Source: the human T2T-CHM13v2.0 reference genome, Homo sapiens. From it: a stretch of 64,000 nt of DNA. This document shows positions 1 through 13,919 of the stretch, piece after piece; positions within the stretch are counted from its first letter, which is position 1, and each line of letters begins with the position of its first letter. The stretch lies in assembly GCF_009914755.1 (NCBI RefSeq), contig NC_060944.1; one strand, 5' to 3'. The notes beneath the pieces were generated by a model that saw nothing but the letters and a program-made list of their open reading frames with translations, was not told the DNA's origin and ran no database searches. Position numbers and translations under genes: made by a program.

Positions 1-39
1 AAATCTGTGGATTTTCTTCTTTACATCTTTCTCTACCAA

Positions 40-350
40 TTCAACTCAGTGCACTAGGTTTTGAGAGCCTGCCACTTGCCAGGCACATAGCTAGATGTTG
101 GGGATTTGGCTGTGATCAACACTCTCTCTACTCTCATGGTGATGAACAAGGACAGATACTGAATCATCTTGAAGGGGAAATGCATGGCGTTGAGAGGTAT
201 GTAGCAGGGTACTGAAGCTACAGAGAAAGATCCAGCTAAGCCAGGAATGGCAGGAGGAGGTGGCTTTAGCAGGGGACATGCTGGGCTGGGGACAATGTCC
301 CAGAAAATAAAGTATGATGTGCAAAGCTTGTATTCCAGAGACACAGTGTC
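40..350 (-). mobile_element. L2 LINE 3' fragment
   Basis: 'ccaggcacatagctagatgttggggat...' resembles the reverse strand of the L2 3' region; heavily diverged. Confidence 0.5.
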
Positions 351-708
351 ACTGTCAAGGAGGCCTCTGCATCTTCATCCCTCAAGATCTGAACTGCTCA
401 ACCCTAGGTCTGTGAGCCAATAATTTTTTGTGTGTCTAATCTTTTTCAAACCACACTAAACATATTTCAGGAGACAAGTATAGCCAAAACACAATTATTA
501 TGCAGTGGTTTATCAGAGAAATACAAGGAAAATTTTACAATCTGTTGCTGTCCTCAAAGAGGCTTAGCCCCACTTTTCCATGTTTCTATCAGAATAGGAT
601 AGAATCACTGAGTATAGATTGATTAAAATAACATTTTTTAAAAAGTAAAATATAAACACTTTCCTATTGCCTGCATAATGCATATGTTCCAGAACAAATA
701 GTAGAAAA

Positions 709-1278
709 ATAAAATATTTCCTGTGTGAGTCACCTTTTCTCTAGACTGTACTGTTAGTGTCTTCAGCCTTTCTTTGAATCAGTTGTTTTCCAGATCATTC
801 TCCACCTCACCCTCTGATCATTATAATGTGGATATAACTCAGAAACGGCCCCCACATTTCCCCTCTTCGGTTGTGGGGCGGGGGGGAAGACACAAACACA
901 GAATTTAAAATTTAAATGTAAATGTAAATTAAATTAATTAATTGCTTATACAATAAGCAAATAAGTTAATTGCTTACTTTTGTAGTGGTGGGGGAAGATA
1001 TGAACACAGAATTTTAAATTAAAATTTAATTAAATTTAAAAAATTAAAATTAAATTTAATTAAAAAAATAATTTTAATTTAAAATTCTGTGTTCATATCT
1101 TTTCCCCACCCCTACAACCAAAGAGGAGAAGTGTGGGGGCTGTTTGTGAGTTCCACAATATAATGATCAGAGGGTGAGATGGAGAGTGATTTGGAAAACA
1201 ACTCATTCAAGGAAAGTCTGACGACACTAACACAGTATAGTCTAGAGAAAAGGTGACTCACACAGGAAATAATTTTAT
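709..1278. repeat. Long imperfect inverted repeat (arms ~709-915 and ~1070-1278) with a nested inner palindrome 981-1116
   Basis: 716-747 atttcctgtgtgagtcaccttttctctagact is the exact reverse complement of 1239-1270; 995-1026 is the exact reverse complement of 1070-1101. Confidence 0.95.
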
Positions 1279-2039
1279 TGTACCAGTCAGGGAATTTTAC
1301 TTCAACCAGCAGAAACTACTGCTGGCTGTCTTAAACCAAAGTGACATTAATTGAAAGGGAATTTGGGCTTGCACAAGTAGGGGTTAAAATTAGAGACTGG
1401 GGTGGAAGATTGGGTAGAAAGTAAGGGAAGTGTAGGCATGGTCAGGACCCAGGAAATGCCTCCTACAAATGCCACCAAGGTCTCCCAATATCCCCTCCAT
1501 GTTTGTGGTACTTGCTCAAGTCCTAGACAAGTAAGCATCCTACTGTCTAAGGGTACATACTGGACCCTGTCTATGCAGAAGGAGGCAGAGGAGGCCAGCA
1601 CTGGGAAACACCCTTATATCAAGACTGTACAATATAGGAATATACAAATTGGGAATGCAGCCAACAGTGGTTTGTTTTCTTGCTTATTTTTGTCCTTGCT
1701 TGTTCATTTTCTCTCTCTTGCCTCTGGGGTATAACCTCTTCAACAACAGGAACTTCATCTGTTGTCTGCCTCTGGATCCCTAAGCCCTCAAGAGTAGACA
1801 TTCAGTAAATAGCTGTGGAATGTATTACTGGAGGAACATTCAGGGGACATAAACATATTCCACATTGTTCTATGTGTAGACAAAGGTGAGTGTGCCATTT
1901 TTATAGGGTTGTGGACTTTGGTTCAAGATAAGGAAGATTTTTCTAACAGAGTTATCTAGCAACATCATGCTCCATTTCATGAATAACTGGCCTCTGAGTG
2001 TGAAGGAAGCAGCAATGAGATTTCAACATGGACATCCAC

Positions 2040-2520
2040 TACCGCTTCCTGTGACAACAGCACTTACAAACTTTTGTTTGGGGCTTCCCTTCCCCACTCT
2101 CAGGCCATGTGTTTTCTGGAAAGTTCACTCCACTTTCAAATCCAGAGGGTAATTTGACTGGTAAATGCTATCACCCCGGCCACAGTGACTGGTTCACTTT
2201 CCCCCACCTCTACAACCAAAGAGTGACCCAAATCAGGTCAAGCAGGGCAGCCAACCAGATCCAACCCAGGACTTTTGTTTGAGCCATGGAGAAAACAGAC
2301 TGTCTTTTGAGGGATTTGGTGTCATAAGAGTGGGGTCCAGGAGTAGCCAGGAACCCTCAAGTGAAACTTGAGAATGAAGCTGACATGGAAGATGTCAGTG
2401 AAGGAGGGCAAGCCTGGTCTGTGTGTGCCTGAAGCCAGATCCACTCAGAATTCTTATAACATGAGCCAAATTTTTTCCTTGGATTGGGTTTTCTGTTAGA
2501 GCAACAAAATGAGTCTTAAA
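2040..2520 (+). mobile_element. ERVL-class LTR (LTR16-like)
   Basis: 'ggccacagtgactggttca...gtgacccaa', 'gtgcctgaagccagat', 'ttgggttttctgtt...gcaac' match my recollection of LTR16. Confidence 0.55.
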
Positions 2521-2740
2521 TAATATGAGTGTTAATTCCAGTTAATTGCTAGTGACTATCCCCAGCACTGTGTTGAGGAGGATTCCGAAGGCCATATCCA
2601 GATACGCGGGGAAGAGTAAGGTTGATAAGTGTTGTCTGCCACAGAAGCGGAGGGGGAGTTGTGCCCTACATGATGTGTTTGTTACCCTTGGGCGAGATGT
2701 TCAAACTCCTGTCATAAAGGTTGGGTCAGGTGGTCTGCAA

Positions 2741-2962
2741 CAGTGCTGTTCAATGGACATATAAAGTGGGTCACACATGCACTTTACACTTTTTAGTAGC
2801 TATATTTAAAAAGTAAAAACAAGATAGTAAAATTAACTTTAATAATATCCTTTATTTAATTCAATATGCCCCAAATATTATTATTTCAACATGTGGCACT
2901 AGCTGCATTTCAGGTGCTCAATAGCTACATGTGGCTGGTGGCTACTGTCCTGGAGAGCACAG
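2741..2962. mobile_element. MER3 hAT-Charlie DNA element
   Basis: Ends cagtgctgttcaat ... ctggagagcacag; internal 'gctcaatagctacatgtggctggtggctac'. Confidence 0.8.
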
Positions 2963-2967
2963 GCCTA

Positions 2968-3090
2968 GAACCATAGAGTACTGGAACTAGAAGAGACCTT
3001 AGAAGCAGCTTCTACCACCTGCCCATTGTACAGATGGGTCAATGGAGCCTGAGAGAGGAGGGAGTAACTTTCCAAAGCACATGAGTAATT
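2968..3090 (-). mobile_element. MIR fragment
   Basis: 'cccattgtacagatgggtcaatggagcctgagagagg...taactttcc' MIR core-like. Confidence 0.6.
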
Positions 3091-3148
3091 GTAGTGACTT
3101 TCTGTGGCATATTTCACTTTCCTCTAAAGACTGAGACTGTATAGTGGG

Positions 3149-3649
3149 TGTAGTAGACAGAATAACGACCCTCCTCCCAAAGATGTCTACATCCTAATCC
3201 CTGGAGCCTGTGAATGTTAACCACGCAAAAGTGTGGTTACAAAAAAGACCTGCTGGTGTGATTAAATTAAGGATTTTGATATGGGAATATTATCCTGCAT
3301 AATCCAGGTGGACCCACTGTAATCACAAGGGTCCTTATAAGAGGGAGGGGGTCAAAAGTCAGAAGGAGGTAGATGATGGAACCCAAGATTGGAGTGATGC
3401 AATTTGAAGATGGGGAAAGAGGCCATGGGCTAAGGAGTGCAGGAAACCTCTGGAATCTAGAAAAGGTAAGGAAACAAATCCTTCCCTGAAGATTCCAGAA
3501 GGAATACAACCCTGAAGACAACTTAATTTTAGCCTTGCAAGAATCATTTTGCATTTCTGACCTCCAGAACCCTAAGAGAGTAAATGCATGTTGTTTTAAG
3601 TTGGTAAGTGTCTGGTAATTTATTACAGAAGCAATAGGAAACTAATACA
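3149..3649 (+). mobile_element. MLT1D-like MaLR solo LTR
   Basis: Starts tgtagtagacagaataa...aaagatgtctacatcctaatccctgg; ends gcaataggaaactaataca. Confidence 0.85.
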
Positions 3650-4544
3650 ATGAGAAATGGCTCTGCTGAGTGAGCTGCCAAAATTTCTTTCCTTGATTGC
3701 TTTAGACATAAACCAGTGTTTCCTGCAATAAGACCACTTACCTTCACTCTGAGAAATTCACTGATATATGTGGCCAGTGGCTGTATACCACCCCAATTTC
3801 CCTGGAAAATTCTTTAAAACAGTCCTTAGCATCCCACCAAAGCTTTTACCAGTAAAAGGTGACAAGGTGAATCTTTTCACTCTAAGTCTACCTTTGAGGG
3901 AACATGTCCCCAATCCTTTGGTGGGTTCCAAGTCTGGCCTGGGGAAGGGCTCCACAAACCCACCAGCAAGTTATTTTCTTTGGCTTCTTCTAGGAAGTGC
4001 TATGGAGGCTACAAAGCTAATGCTACTCTCTGGCATTCAGGAATACCATGGTGACACACACACACAAATGACTAAAAACACCATAGTTTACATCATCCTT
4101 TCCTTTCATTAAATGTCAGAACACAGCTAGAGAACTTTAAACGTGACATTTTTGTCATCCTGTTTGCCCATTTGGAAAATGCAGTTTAATAAAGGCAGCT
4201 GGGTTAGTTCGAAGAGCACGGGGCAGAGTCAAAGGACTTAGGCTCAACCAAGAATTAGCTCATGATTTCTCCGCATCTGTGTTTCTTTGTCATCAAAAAG
4301 AAACACTGAGTTTGGTATTCCTTGTGGTTCTCCAATTTTATTATTTTAATTGTGTATAGGAAGTGGATTGCTGGTTTGAGAAACAGCATGATAATACATA
4401 ATACTTGGGATGTGCTTCAAAACCTATTTTGAATTGTTATGGAGAATGGGCTGAGAATAAAGAAAAAATATAAAAATAAAAAAGTCTACTTTCCTTTTAG
4501 ACAATTTTTTTCATTGTGCTTGACTTCAGTGTTATTTTGAGTTT

Positions 4545-4710
4545 CACAGAATCACACAAGATTGAAGTGATCATTAAGATTTTCTGCCCAGTCCTTTGTT
4601 TTGTAGTGAAGAATGCTGAGGCTCAGGGAGCTTGTGACTTGCCTACAGTTTCAGAACTGGTATTGAGCTAGCAGGGCTAGAATCAAGGTCTCCTGATTCA
4701 CAAGCTAGAA
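4545..4710 (-). mobile_element. MIR fragment
   Basis: 'gctgaggctcagggagcttgtgacttgcc...ctagaatcaaggtctcctgattc'. Confidence 0.6.
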
Positions 4711-5299
4711 CTCCTCTTCCTCCCTCATCAGCTCTCTTAATTTATCCTATTTATAAGTTTATAGTTTTTCCTAAGAATAGTTGAGAGGAGCATCCCTCCA
4801 GTCCTTGCCAGTGCAATGGTGAGGAAGGAGGGAAAATGGTGGTGCTGCATGCATTGTTGAGATGGCTGGGTCTCTTGTGAGGCTTGGGGGTCTGTACATA
4901 AATAACTTAGGTTAGAGATGTGGCCAATCACTGCTACATTGGTCACTGATAGTGACTAAATTGCCCTCTGAAGGGGACTGCTCTCATTAATTGCAAAGCT
5001 TATATTTCACAGAGTTGGGGCTGAAACTAGGAAGTGGGTGAGTTGTGCCATGAATAGGTTCTCCTTTTCTGGCTCTTACCCCTACACAATGCTCAGTTTC
5101 TCCTTTTAGAAACTGACAAATAAAGAAAAACTCACAGACTTCCTCTATGGCTTGTTCTAGCTCTGAAATACCCAATGTACACTTAATCAGGAGAGGCGCA
5201 GAGTGCTGTGTCAACCCAGTTGTATCGCTAGCAATCATATGTAACAATAGGCATTGATTTGCACCATCACACTCAGGTGGAAGGTGATTACATTTTACC

Positions 5300-5670
5300 T
5301 TCTGCACCTTACACAAAGATCAATTTCAGGTAAATTGTTGATCTAAATGTGGAAGATTAAAGCAATAAAATTTGTAGGAGAAAATGTAGAAGAATGTCTT
5401 TATATCCTTGGGGTTACAAAAGCTTTCTTAAAGAGGATACTAATTGAAAATTTGGACTGCGTTAAAATTCAGAATTTCTGTTTACCAAAAGACTATTTAG
5501 AGAGTGAAAAGTTGAGCCTCATAGTGGAAAATAATATTTGCAATATTCATGTCTGTCAAATAACTCATAGCCAGGATAGAGAAGGAACTTCTGCAAATTG
5601 ATAAGAAAACACTGGGCACCCAAACAGAAAATCGGGCAAAGAATTGAATGAGCACTTCGCAACATGTCCA
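5300..5670 (+). mobile_element. Old L1M ORF2 fragment
   Basis: A-rich decayed L1 ORF2 3' sequence ('tttgcaatattcatgtctgtcaaa', 'aaaatcgggcaaagaattgaat'). Confidence 0.65.
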
Positions 5671-5970
5671 AAATGCTCGAAATGTACTGGTAGAGGTTTC
5701 AGAAGCATAGTCATGGACTGACATCAATGTGAATACATTATCAATGGACTGCCAAATGTTTTTTTGATTGTGAGTGAAGGGGAATGTATCAGAAGACACA
5801 AAGTTTGGCTTCAGATAAAGAGCAAATATTTATCTACTCATGTGTGTAGTTATTTCTTACAAGATAGCTTGGCAGAGAGAGGTGAGTTCTTTAGAGGATG
5901 GCAAGTGATGTTTTAATCAAAGGACAGACAAGGCAGTGGTGCCCTGGATGGATTAAAGAACAGATAGGGA

Positions 5971-6265
5971 GGCCGGGTGTGGTGGCTCATGCTTGTAATC
6001 CCAGCACTTTGGGAGGCTGAGGCGGACAGATCGCGAGGTCAGGAGATTGAGACCATCCTGGCTAACACAGTGAAAACCTGACTCTACTAAAAATACAAAA
6101 AAATTAGCCGGGTGTGGTGGTGGGTGCCTGTAGTCCCATCTACTCAGGAGGCTGAGGCAGGAGAATGGCATGAACCTGGGAGGCGGAGCTTGCAGTGAGC
6201 CAAGATCGTACCACTGCACTCCAGCCTGGGCGACACAGAGAGACTCCATCTCAAAAAAAAAAAGA
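5971..6265 (+). mobile_element. AluY with TSD aaagaacagatag
   Basis: Dimeric Alu with AluY diagnostics (ggctaacac, aatggcatgaacc, ggagcttgcag); TSD at 5955-5967 and 6266-6278. Confidence 0.92.
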
Positions 6266-6419
6266 AAAGAACAGATAGATATTGGTTATAAAAGTATAAC
6301 ACTTTTATTTAACTATCCATATTTTCAATATGCCAGAAATTGTATTGTTTTTCAACCATTTAAACTTAGGATGAAAATATTGAGATGTCTGTCAACTTAA
6401 CAATATTTGGGTGGGTTTG

Positions 6420-6771
6420 TGTCTTAGTCTATTTGGGCTGCTATAACAGAAGAGTTTAGACTAGGTAACTTATAAACAACAGAAATTTATTTCTTAGAAT
6501 TCTAGAGGCTGGGAAGTCCAAGTTCCAGGCACCAGCTCTAGAGAGGGCTTACTCTTTGCTTCATAGATGGTGCCTTCTTGTGGTGTTCTCATATGGTGGA
6601 AGGGGCAACAAGCTCTTAGGCCTTTTTTGTGAGAGCACTAATCCTATTAATGAGGGCTCCACCGTCATGACTTAATCACCTCTCCAAAGGCCCCACTTCT
6701 TAATACCATGACATTGGGAATTAAGTTTCAACATATGAATTTTGGGGGGCGCACACATTCTGATCATACCA
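6420..6771 (-). mobile_element. MLT1A/MSTD-like MaLR solo LTR
   Basis: tgtcttagtctatttgggctgctataac ... aagtttcaacatatgaattttggggg. Confidence 0.8.
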
Positions 6772-7370
6772 GGAAGAGACAGAGATTTTCAAAATTCTTT
6801 GGTGAGCTTACAATAAAAAAGTTGAAGACCATCGGCCCAAAAATGTTCTAAAATGTAGGGATGATGGCAGTAAAAGAGGCCTGGTTGACCGCCATGCCCC
6901 CAGGGCTTCCAGACTCTCAGAATTTATGAAAGGTTCATGTAGGACCTAGCCCATGGTAAGAGTATCACAGTTGCTTCTTGACTGATGGATTAATTCACCT
7001 TCCTCACTCACCAACACATTTTATTGTAACTTTCAGCATTTATGAAATTGGTTGAAAACTCAGCTGTTCTCATTTTCTGACTAATTAATCTCTAGTAAGC
7101 AATTGTCCTTTATAAATCTACCTACTTTTTAAAGTGGAAAGTAATCACAAACAAGAAGGTTAAATGTTAGGAGGTATATAGTAAAACAGAAAATGGAATA
7201 ATAAATTGATTATTTAAAGTCATTCTTTGAGAAAGTAGATGAGAGAGTCACTTACATTTTACAATCTTAATTTTCCTTTTAAATGACAAATTTCCCATTG
7301 TCTAGCCTAAGCAAAGAATGGAGCATTTGGATTAAAGTTACTAAGTAATTATTGTTATACAATATATTAG

Positions 7371-7770
<400 letters not shown>

Positions 7771-8684
7771 GGAATCTTTCTTATGAATGCAAATTACCAC
7801 TGCCTTAGAGATGTGTAAAAGTGTTCCTCTAGATAAACAGAATGGCAGAAAAATTAGTTTTTATTGTGTTCAGAATGCAGACTGGAAAAGGCTGGCAGAT
7901 GCAACAAAAGACATATAAACCATTACATGAAGTATTTATGCCAAAATCAAGGAGCATTTAATAAGGTTCTGAATTTTAATGAATAAAATGAGCTTCTCTC
8001 GGGCTTTTACAGTTCCAGTTTTAATGTCCTCAAGTAGTTCTCTTGATAATGAGTAGTTTTGCATATTTATAGGAAACTAAAAAGTAGAGAATAAATAAAA
8101 TAGCTTAATTTCTTGTGATCAAAGAATCAGGACATTTTAGAGTTGGAAGAAACTTTAGACGTTATTGATAAATAGAGAATGACAGGCATAGTTATTCCTC
8201 CAAAATATAACATTCATAATTGACCCGTTAGCAATTTGGTGGATATAAATCAGTGAGATACCTGCTCTACATTTAAGTGCACATTATAACTATTTACTGC
8301 AGATGAATGCTTGGAAATTGATGACACAGGCAATTCTCATTTTACTAGCATAGCAGGTTGGGTTCCAAAATGTGCAGGTTGTGTATCTGGGATTTAGAGT
8401 TTATTTTGTCATGGAATCAATGTTGCAAGTGGAGGTTGAACTGCCAGGCCAATACATGAAACCCATATGCTCATCATGCCCTGATGGTATTAAAGCCCCA
8501 ACCCGACTTCTCACTTAACCACGGTTCAGGCTTCAGTGTTGCCTCTGCATGGTGTTGGAGTCACTGAGACCGGGATTCAAATCCCAGCTCCGCCACACAC
8601 CAGCTGTGTGTTTTGGGCAAACGGACCTACCTTTCTTTGCCTCACTTTGCTCTACTGTGAAATGGGAATAATCACACTCTCCCA

Positions 8685-9204
8685 AGGTCACCAGACTCCA
8701 AAGTGTTCCCCAGTGATCACCCATCCTGGTATTCATGCTTTCATGTGGTCCCCTCTCACACAGAATACAGCTGACCTGTGTAAGCAGTAGGATGTTATGG
8801 AAATGACAGAATGTGACTTCTGAGGCTAGGTCATAAAACATATGGTGACTTGCTCTCTCTTGACTCTTGCTGTGGGGGAAGCCAGCTGCCATGTTGTGAG
8901 GGCACTCAAGTAGCCCCACACTCAAACAGCCCACATGGCAGGGAAATGAGATCTCCTGCTAACAGTGCTACCTTGCCAGGCATACAGAGAAGATCCATGA
9001 ACCCTAGTAAAGCCTTTTGATGACAGTATCCTTGGCTGTTATCTTAACTAGAACCTTACGAGAGCCTCTGAGTCTGAGCCACCACCAGCCAAGCCATTCT
9101 CACATTCTTGACCTCCAGAAATTGTGTGTTGGACAATAAATGTTTATTGTTTTAAGCTGCTAACTATTGGGGTAGCGTGTTATGTAGCAATAGATAACTA
9201 ATAC
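8685..9204 (+). mobile_element. MLT1F-like MaLR LTR inserted into a MIR (MIR halves ~8560-8675 and ~9205-9290)
   Basis: 'gtgacttctgaggctaggtcataaaa', 'ggggaagccagctgccatgttgtgag'; ends gcaatagataactaataca. Confidence 0.8.
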
Positions 9205-10574
9205 ATAATTTAATGGATTAAATGATATACGGAATGTAGAAGTCTTAATCTACTGTCTGGGCAGAGAAAGCATACATAAATGGTGACTGTTGATACGATT
9301 ATCCCATTGTTATCCCTTGAATACCTAGTGGGATGATAGATTTCTTTATTAGGAATAAATCAATCCTATTGGTAGTCAGTCATGACAGCACAGAGCATAT
9401 GGAGGATGGCAGGAGACATTTCCTTATTCTTCCCATTGGGTTTCCCTCTGAACTCACAGAATTATGAGCCTCATATGGCACCCATAGTCCCTTTTGACTC
9501 TGGTCTCCCTACCTCTTCTCTTTCCTAACCCTCTTCCCCCAGGGTCCTAGCTCCATCCAGGGGGTATCTGGTGTCAGGGAGGTGGAGATGGTGAGGTAGT
9601 TCTTGATTCTATGCTTGATTCTCCACTGGAGGGTACATAAATTTGGTGCTTTATTATGCTAAAGATTTGTTCCCATCAGAGGCAGACTTCGGTCTGAAGG
9701 AAGGTGCTTTGCAACCTCAAGCTGTGATAGTATTATAATACTATTATTATTATAATAATATTTAGCTTTCCATGGTCATTCTATGTAGCGTTTCTACCAC
9801 ACCCAATGAACAATCCTCTTGTTTTCATAGTTCCTTTTTTCAGCAGAAGGTGAGGGGAAAGTTGATTTCCTGATACCATCTGCAATTATTTGTCAAGGCA
9901 GACTTCAGTAACCTTGAACTGGACACTCTTGTGAGCTCAGTGACGTGTCATTTCAGATGCTTTCTGGTGCTCCTGTGAAATATTGACTCTCAGCCAGCAC
10001 CTGAGACTACCAAGAGAAGCAGAAATCAAACACAAAATTATTAAGAATTTGTGTTCATGCAGGCATATTAAATTAGAGTCAACTAGCAATTTTGGTAAAT
10101 GCTCCAGTTGTTATAAGGCTTAATGAGAGAATTCAGGGAATAGAAAGAATTCTCGAGAGCCCTTTTTTCCTTTAGTTTTTTTTTTTCTATTGTTGAGAGT
10201 GCTTGTTAATTCACAGAAACACTAGGCTGAGAATTTCACATGAGAAAAAAACTGAGAAATGGAAATAATAAAGCTGTGACTAGGAAATTATTGTCAAGAA
10301 TTACAAGATAACTGAAATAATAACTAATATTTGCCTGTATATCAGTGTTATATCAATCCTCACTTATAATCCTGTGAAGGGCATTCTTTGATCTCTATCT
10401 TGCAGATAAGAAAACTGAGCACAGTAGTTAAAAAATTTGCCAAAGGAGAAGGTTAGAAGCAAAACCGAGCCCCTGGTGTCTTTTCCACAATACCATGAAG
10501 CTTCCCTTAGATTATGAGTTTTGGTTTATAAAAACATAGAGGCTGTTCACAGATTTTTTTAAAAGCAATTGTCT

Positions 10575-10685
10575 GGCTGGGTGAGACGTGGTTCACGCCT
10601 GCAGAGTCAGGAGGATTGCTTGAGCCCAGGGGTTTTAGACCAGCCTGGGCAATATAGTGAGACCCCAGCTTAAAAAAAAAAAAAA
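10575..10685 (+). mobile_element. FLAM-type Alu monomer with internal deletion; TSD aaaagcaattg(t/c)ct
   Basis: Single monomer plus poly-A, lacking the 'taatcccagcactttggg' segment. Confidence 0.8.
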
Positions 10686-10799
10686 GCAATTGCCTGAGTA
10701 TTTTTTTTTTTAATTGTGGTAAAAAACACACGAGACTTACTCTCTTAACAAATTTAAGTGTCCGACTTGATGTTGTAATACTCGATCTTCCCACAGTGT

Positions 10800-11517
10800 T
10801 GTCAACTGAAGGATGACAAGGTTCATAAATTTGGAAAGGTGAGCTTTATTTTGCATAAAGCGCTGCAGCCTGCAGAGTGGCCATTCTGTCAGGCTGAGAA
10901 TCGTAGCCTCCAGCCAGAAGCCAGAAACAAGCATTTCAAGGGAGAGACAAAGGGAATAGGAATTTATGCTGAGTGATGTGCCTGAATATACATATTTAAT
11001 AAGCTTTAGGAGTCATGAATATTTATGAAGAAACGTGCACATGCGCAATTGAGCTTCATGCATCTTCATGGGTCCCCTGTTCAAAAAATGGTGGCATTAG
11101 CATGATCCAAGGGTGCAGTTTTCAGGCTTTTGACATCAAAAGGTGAAGCAGAGGATATGAAAACCCTCACTGCACATTCTCCACAGACTGGCTAGAACCA
11201 CCCTGTGGTCAGGGGTTTCTTATCAGGAAGGAATGCTGGTTGGTTGTTGTATTGTAACCTCAAAGGGGAGGGGAAGCATCAGGTAGTTGGTTGATATTAG
11301 AGGTGGAGCGAGTCTTTGCAAAGGGCTGGTTTCTGTTTAGCCCTTAGGAAAGAAAGACTAATGGTGGTTAGTAAAGGTGAGAATATAATGAGATGTGTCT
11401 GACCTCCCATCCCATCATGGCCAGGAACTCAGTTTTCAAGGTTTCTCTTGGGTCCCCTTGGCCAAGAGGGGGTTGTTTCAGTCTGCTGGGGGGCTCAGGA
11501 TTTTATTTTTATTTCTA
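10800..11517 (-). mobile_element. MER50-like ERV1 solo LTR
   Basis: Reverse strand begins tagaaataaaaataaaatcctgagcccccc...ctcttggccaaggggaccc. Confidence 0.75.
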
Positions 11518-11680
11518 GTGTGAAATGTATGACAAAGCTTGGGGGCACTGAGCGGCCATCAACATGAAACAAACAGGCTGTCTGCCACAGACTTCCTCAT
11601 TCTTAAGATTCCTCACCGAGGAAGCAATACCTTAGTGCTTTGCCGTGCTAAAAAATATTTTAAAATTGTTCAGTGAAATT

Positions 11681-12540
11681 TGTGAGAGCTCACTCTTTTG
11701 GACTGAGCTCCTGCACAAGGCTCCAACAGAATAGATTAAACCAAAATGTAGTCACTCATGCTAAAGTTCTATACCGCCAAACCAAAAGTCACTTGTTTAT
11801 CTGACCTTTTAAGAAATCAGGAGAGAGAGAGAGAGAGAATAGAGAGATCATAAACAAAGGTATTTCTTCCAAAATACCTTTGGGAGAAACTTAATTTATA
11901 GTTTAACTTTGAAACAAAGATGATAACAGCCCTTTACCAAAAGAAATCTCATTTTTGTCTGGGGACTAGACTGCCTTTGCAGAGCTAACAAATTGGTCAC
12001 AAGATTCAAAATTAAGGTTTGAGAGTCACTGTTGTAAAACTTGAGATCAGTGCTTGAGATAGTTTACAGACCCTGCATTCTGATGCACCAGCTGATGCCA
12101 CCCAGACCAATAAACTGACTTATCTTGTCTTGTAGCCCCCACTCAGGAAATGACTCAGTGCAAGAGGACAGCTTCAGCTGTCTCTGATTTCATCTTCAAG
12201 CTGACCAATCAACACTCCCCACTTTCCCACCCACTACCCACCAAATTATCCTTAAAAACTCTGATCCTTGAATTTTTGGGGAGATGAGTCGAGTAATAAC
12301 TTCTCCCATGTGGCATGGCCAGCCTTGGGTCAATGAAACTCTTTCTTCACTGCAATGCCGTGGTCTTTATTTGTGCAGCAGGCAGGAAGAACGTGTTGGA
12401 CAGTTGCAAACTGACTGTTCTTCCATGCCCAATAGAGTGCCCTTTCTAAATATTTAGATGAGATGCTGCCTAGTTCATGAATCCCTAATAATAGCCAATT
12501 TGATCTTTACACTAAATCTGTGAAAACTTTTTTTCTTATC
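11681..12540 (+). mobile_element. MER4-group ERV1 LTR (MER67-like) split by a nested LTR8
   Basis: 'tttggactgagctcctgcac...aaccaaaatgtagtcactcatgctaa' 5' part; LTR-like tail at 12410-12540. Confidence 0.5.
11850..12407 (+). mobile_element. LTR8-family ERV1 LTR, 5'-truncated
   Basis: 'tttatagtttaactttgaaacaaagatgataacagccc', 'ggggactagactgcctttg', 'gactcagtgcaagaggacagcttc'. Confidence 0.75.
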
Positions 12541-12789
12541 AAAGCAAAACAACAGAGAGTAAAAAAATTGTTTCTAAACATTGTTAGCTAATTTTCAGAC
12601 CTTACTTTCAGGAGCTATTAAATAAATAACTAAATAGTATAAGGGAGGAAAAATAGTTATTCCCTTTATTTGTAACAAAAGAAAAACAAACAGAATGGAA
12701 TAACACGTTCCCATGGGAGATACCCAGGGAAACATTAGCAAATCTTTAAAGTAGAACCTAGAGAGGTGGCTTTGACTTCCAGCCTTAAA

Positions 12790-13178
12790 TACTATCATTT
12801 GCTGAAATAAAGAAAGAAGGGTGTGGGGAAAGCCCTGTTAAGATGAGGTGACCAGGAAAAGTTCAGTAAACATGAACAAGGCTTGTTATGTGGCGTTAAG
12901 CTCATGCCTTCTCCACTGATGAGAGCTCCTAGGGAATTAGAATCATTCCTCTCTTCTTGGTTCAGAGAGGGAGACACCATTATAAATGGAGATTTCCTTT
13001 ATACATGTAAATATCTCTAACAAAAGGGTGACACTTCTGTTCTTGTTTTCATAGTAGTTCTGTAGTTTCTCAAAATAATCCACTCAAAATAATCCTCATG
13101 CAGAAGAGGAATATTTGGGGTGGCATATTCTGGTCTCCTACAGTCATATTTGGGGGCCACATGTCCTGAATTCCAGCA
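12790..13178 (-). mobile_element. MER34-like ERV1 LTR
   Basis: Reverse strand 'tgtaggagaccagaatatgccaccccaaatatt...ggattattttgag'. Confidence 0.6.
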
Positions 13179-13541
13179 ATAGCTTAGACAAAAAACCTCA
13201 ACCCTAACTTTACTGTCTTTCCCTGTTTCTTCACTCTTCACCTCAATCCCTCCCTCAGTACCATTAATTCTAGTTTCCTAGTTTTTCTCAAATCCTTTAT
13301 CTCCTTTCCACTCTTCCTGTCTGCCTTAGTTTAACCTCATGCTGTTTATTCAAGAATGCAACAAAACAAAACAAAAAATATTCACATAATTACCTGGGGA
13401 ACATTTTGAGAAATTATTGCTATAAAATAATTTCATATAAAAAGAACCACTGTGAAAAAAGCAACCAGAGAATAAGAAAAAGGGTTTTTTTAAATTAAAA
13501 ATACAGTTGCTAAAATTTTTTTAAAAATGGATGAGAAATAA

Positions 13542-13919
<378 letters not shown>

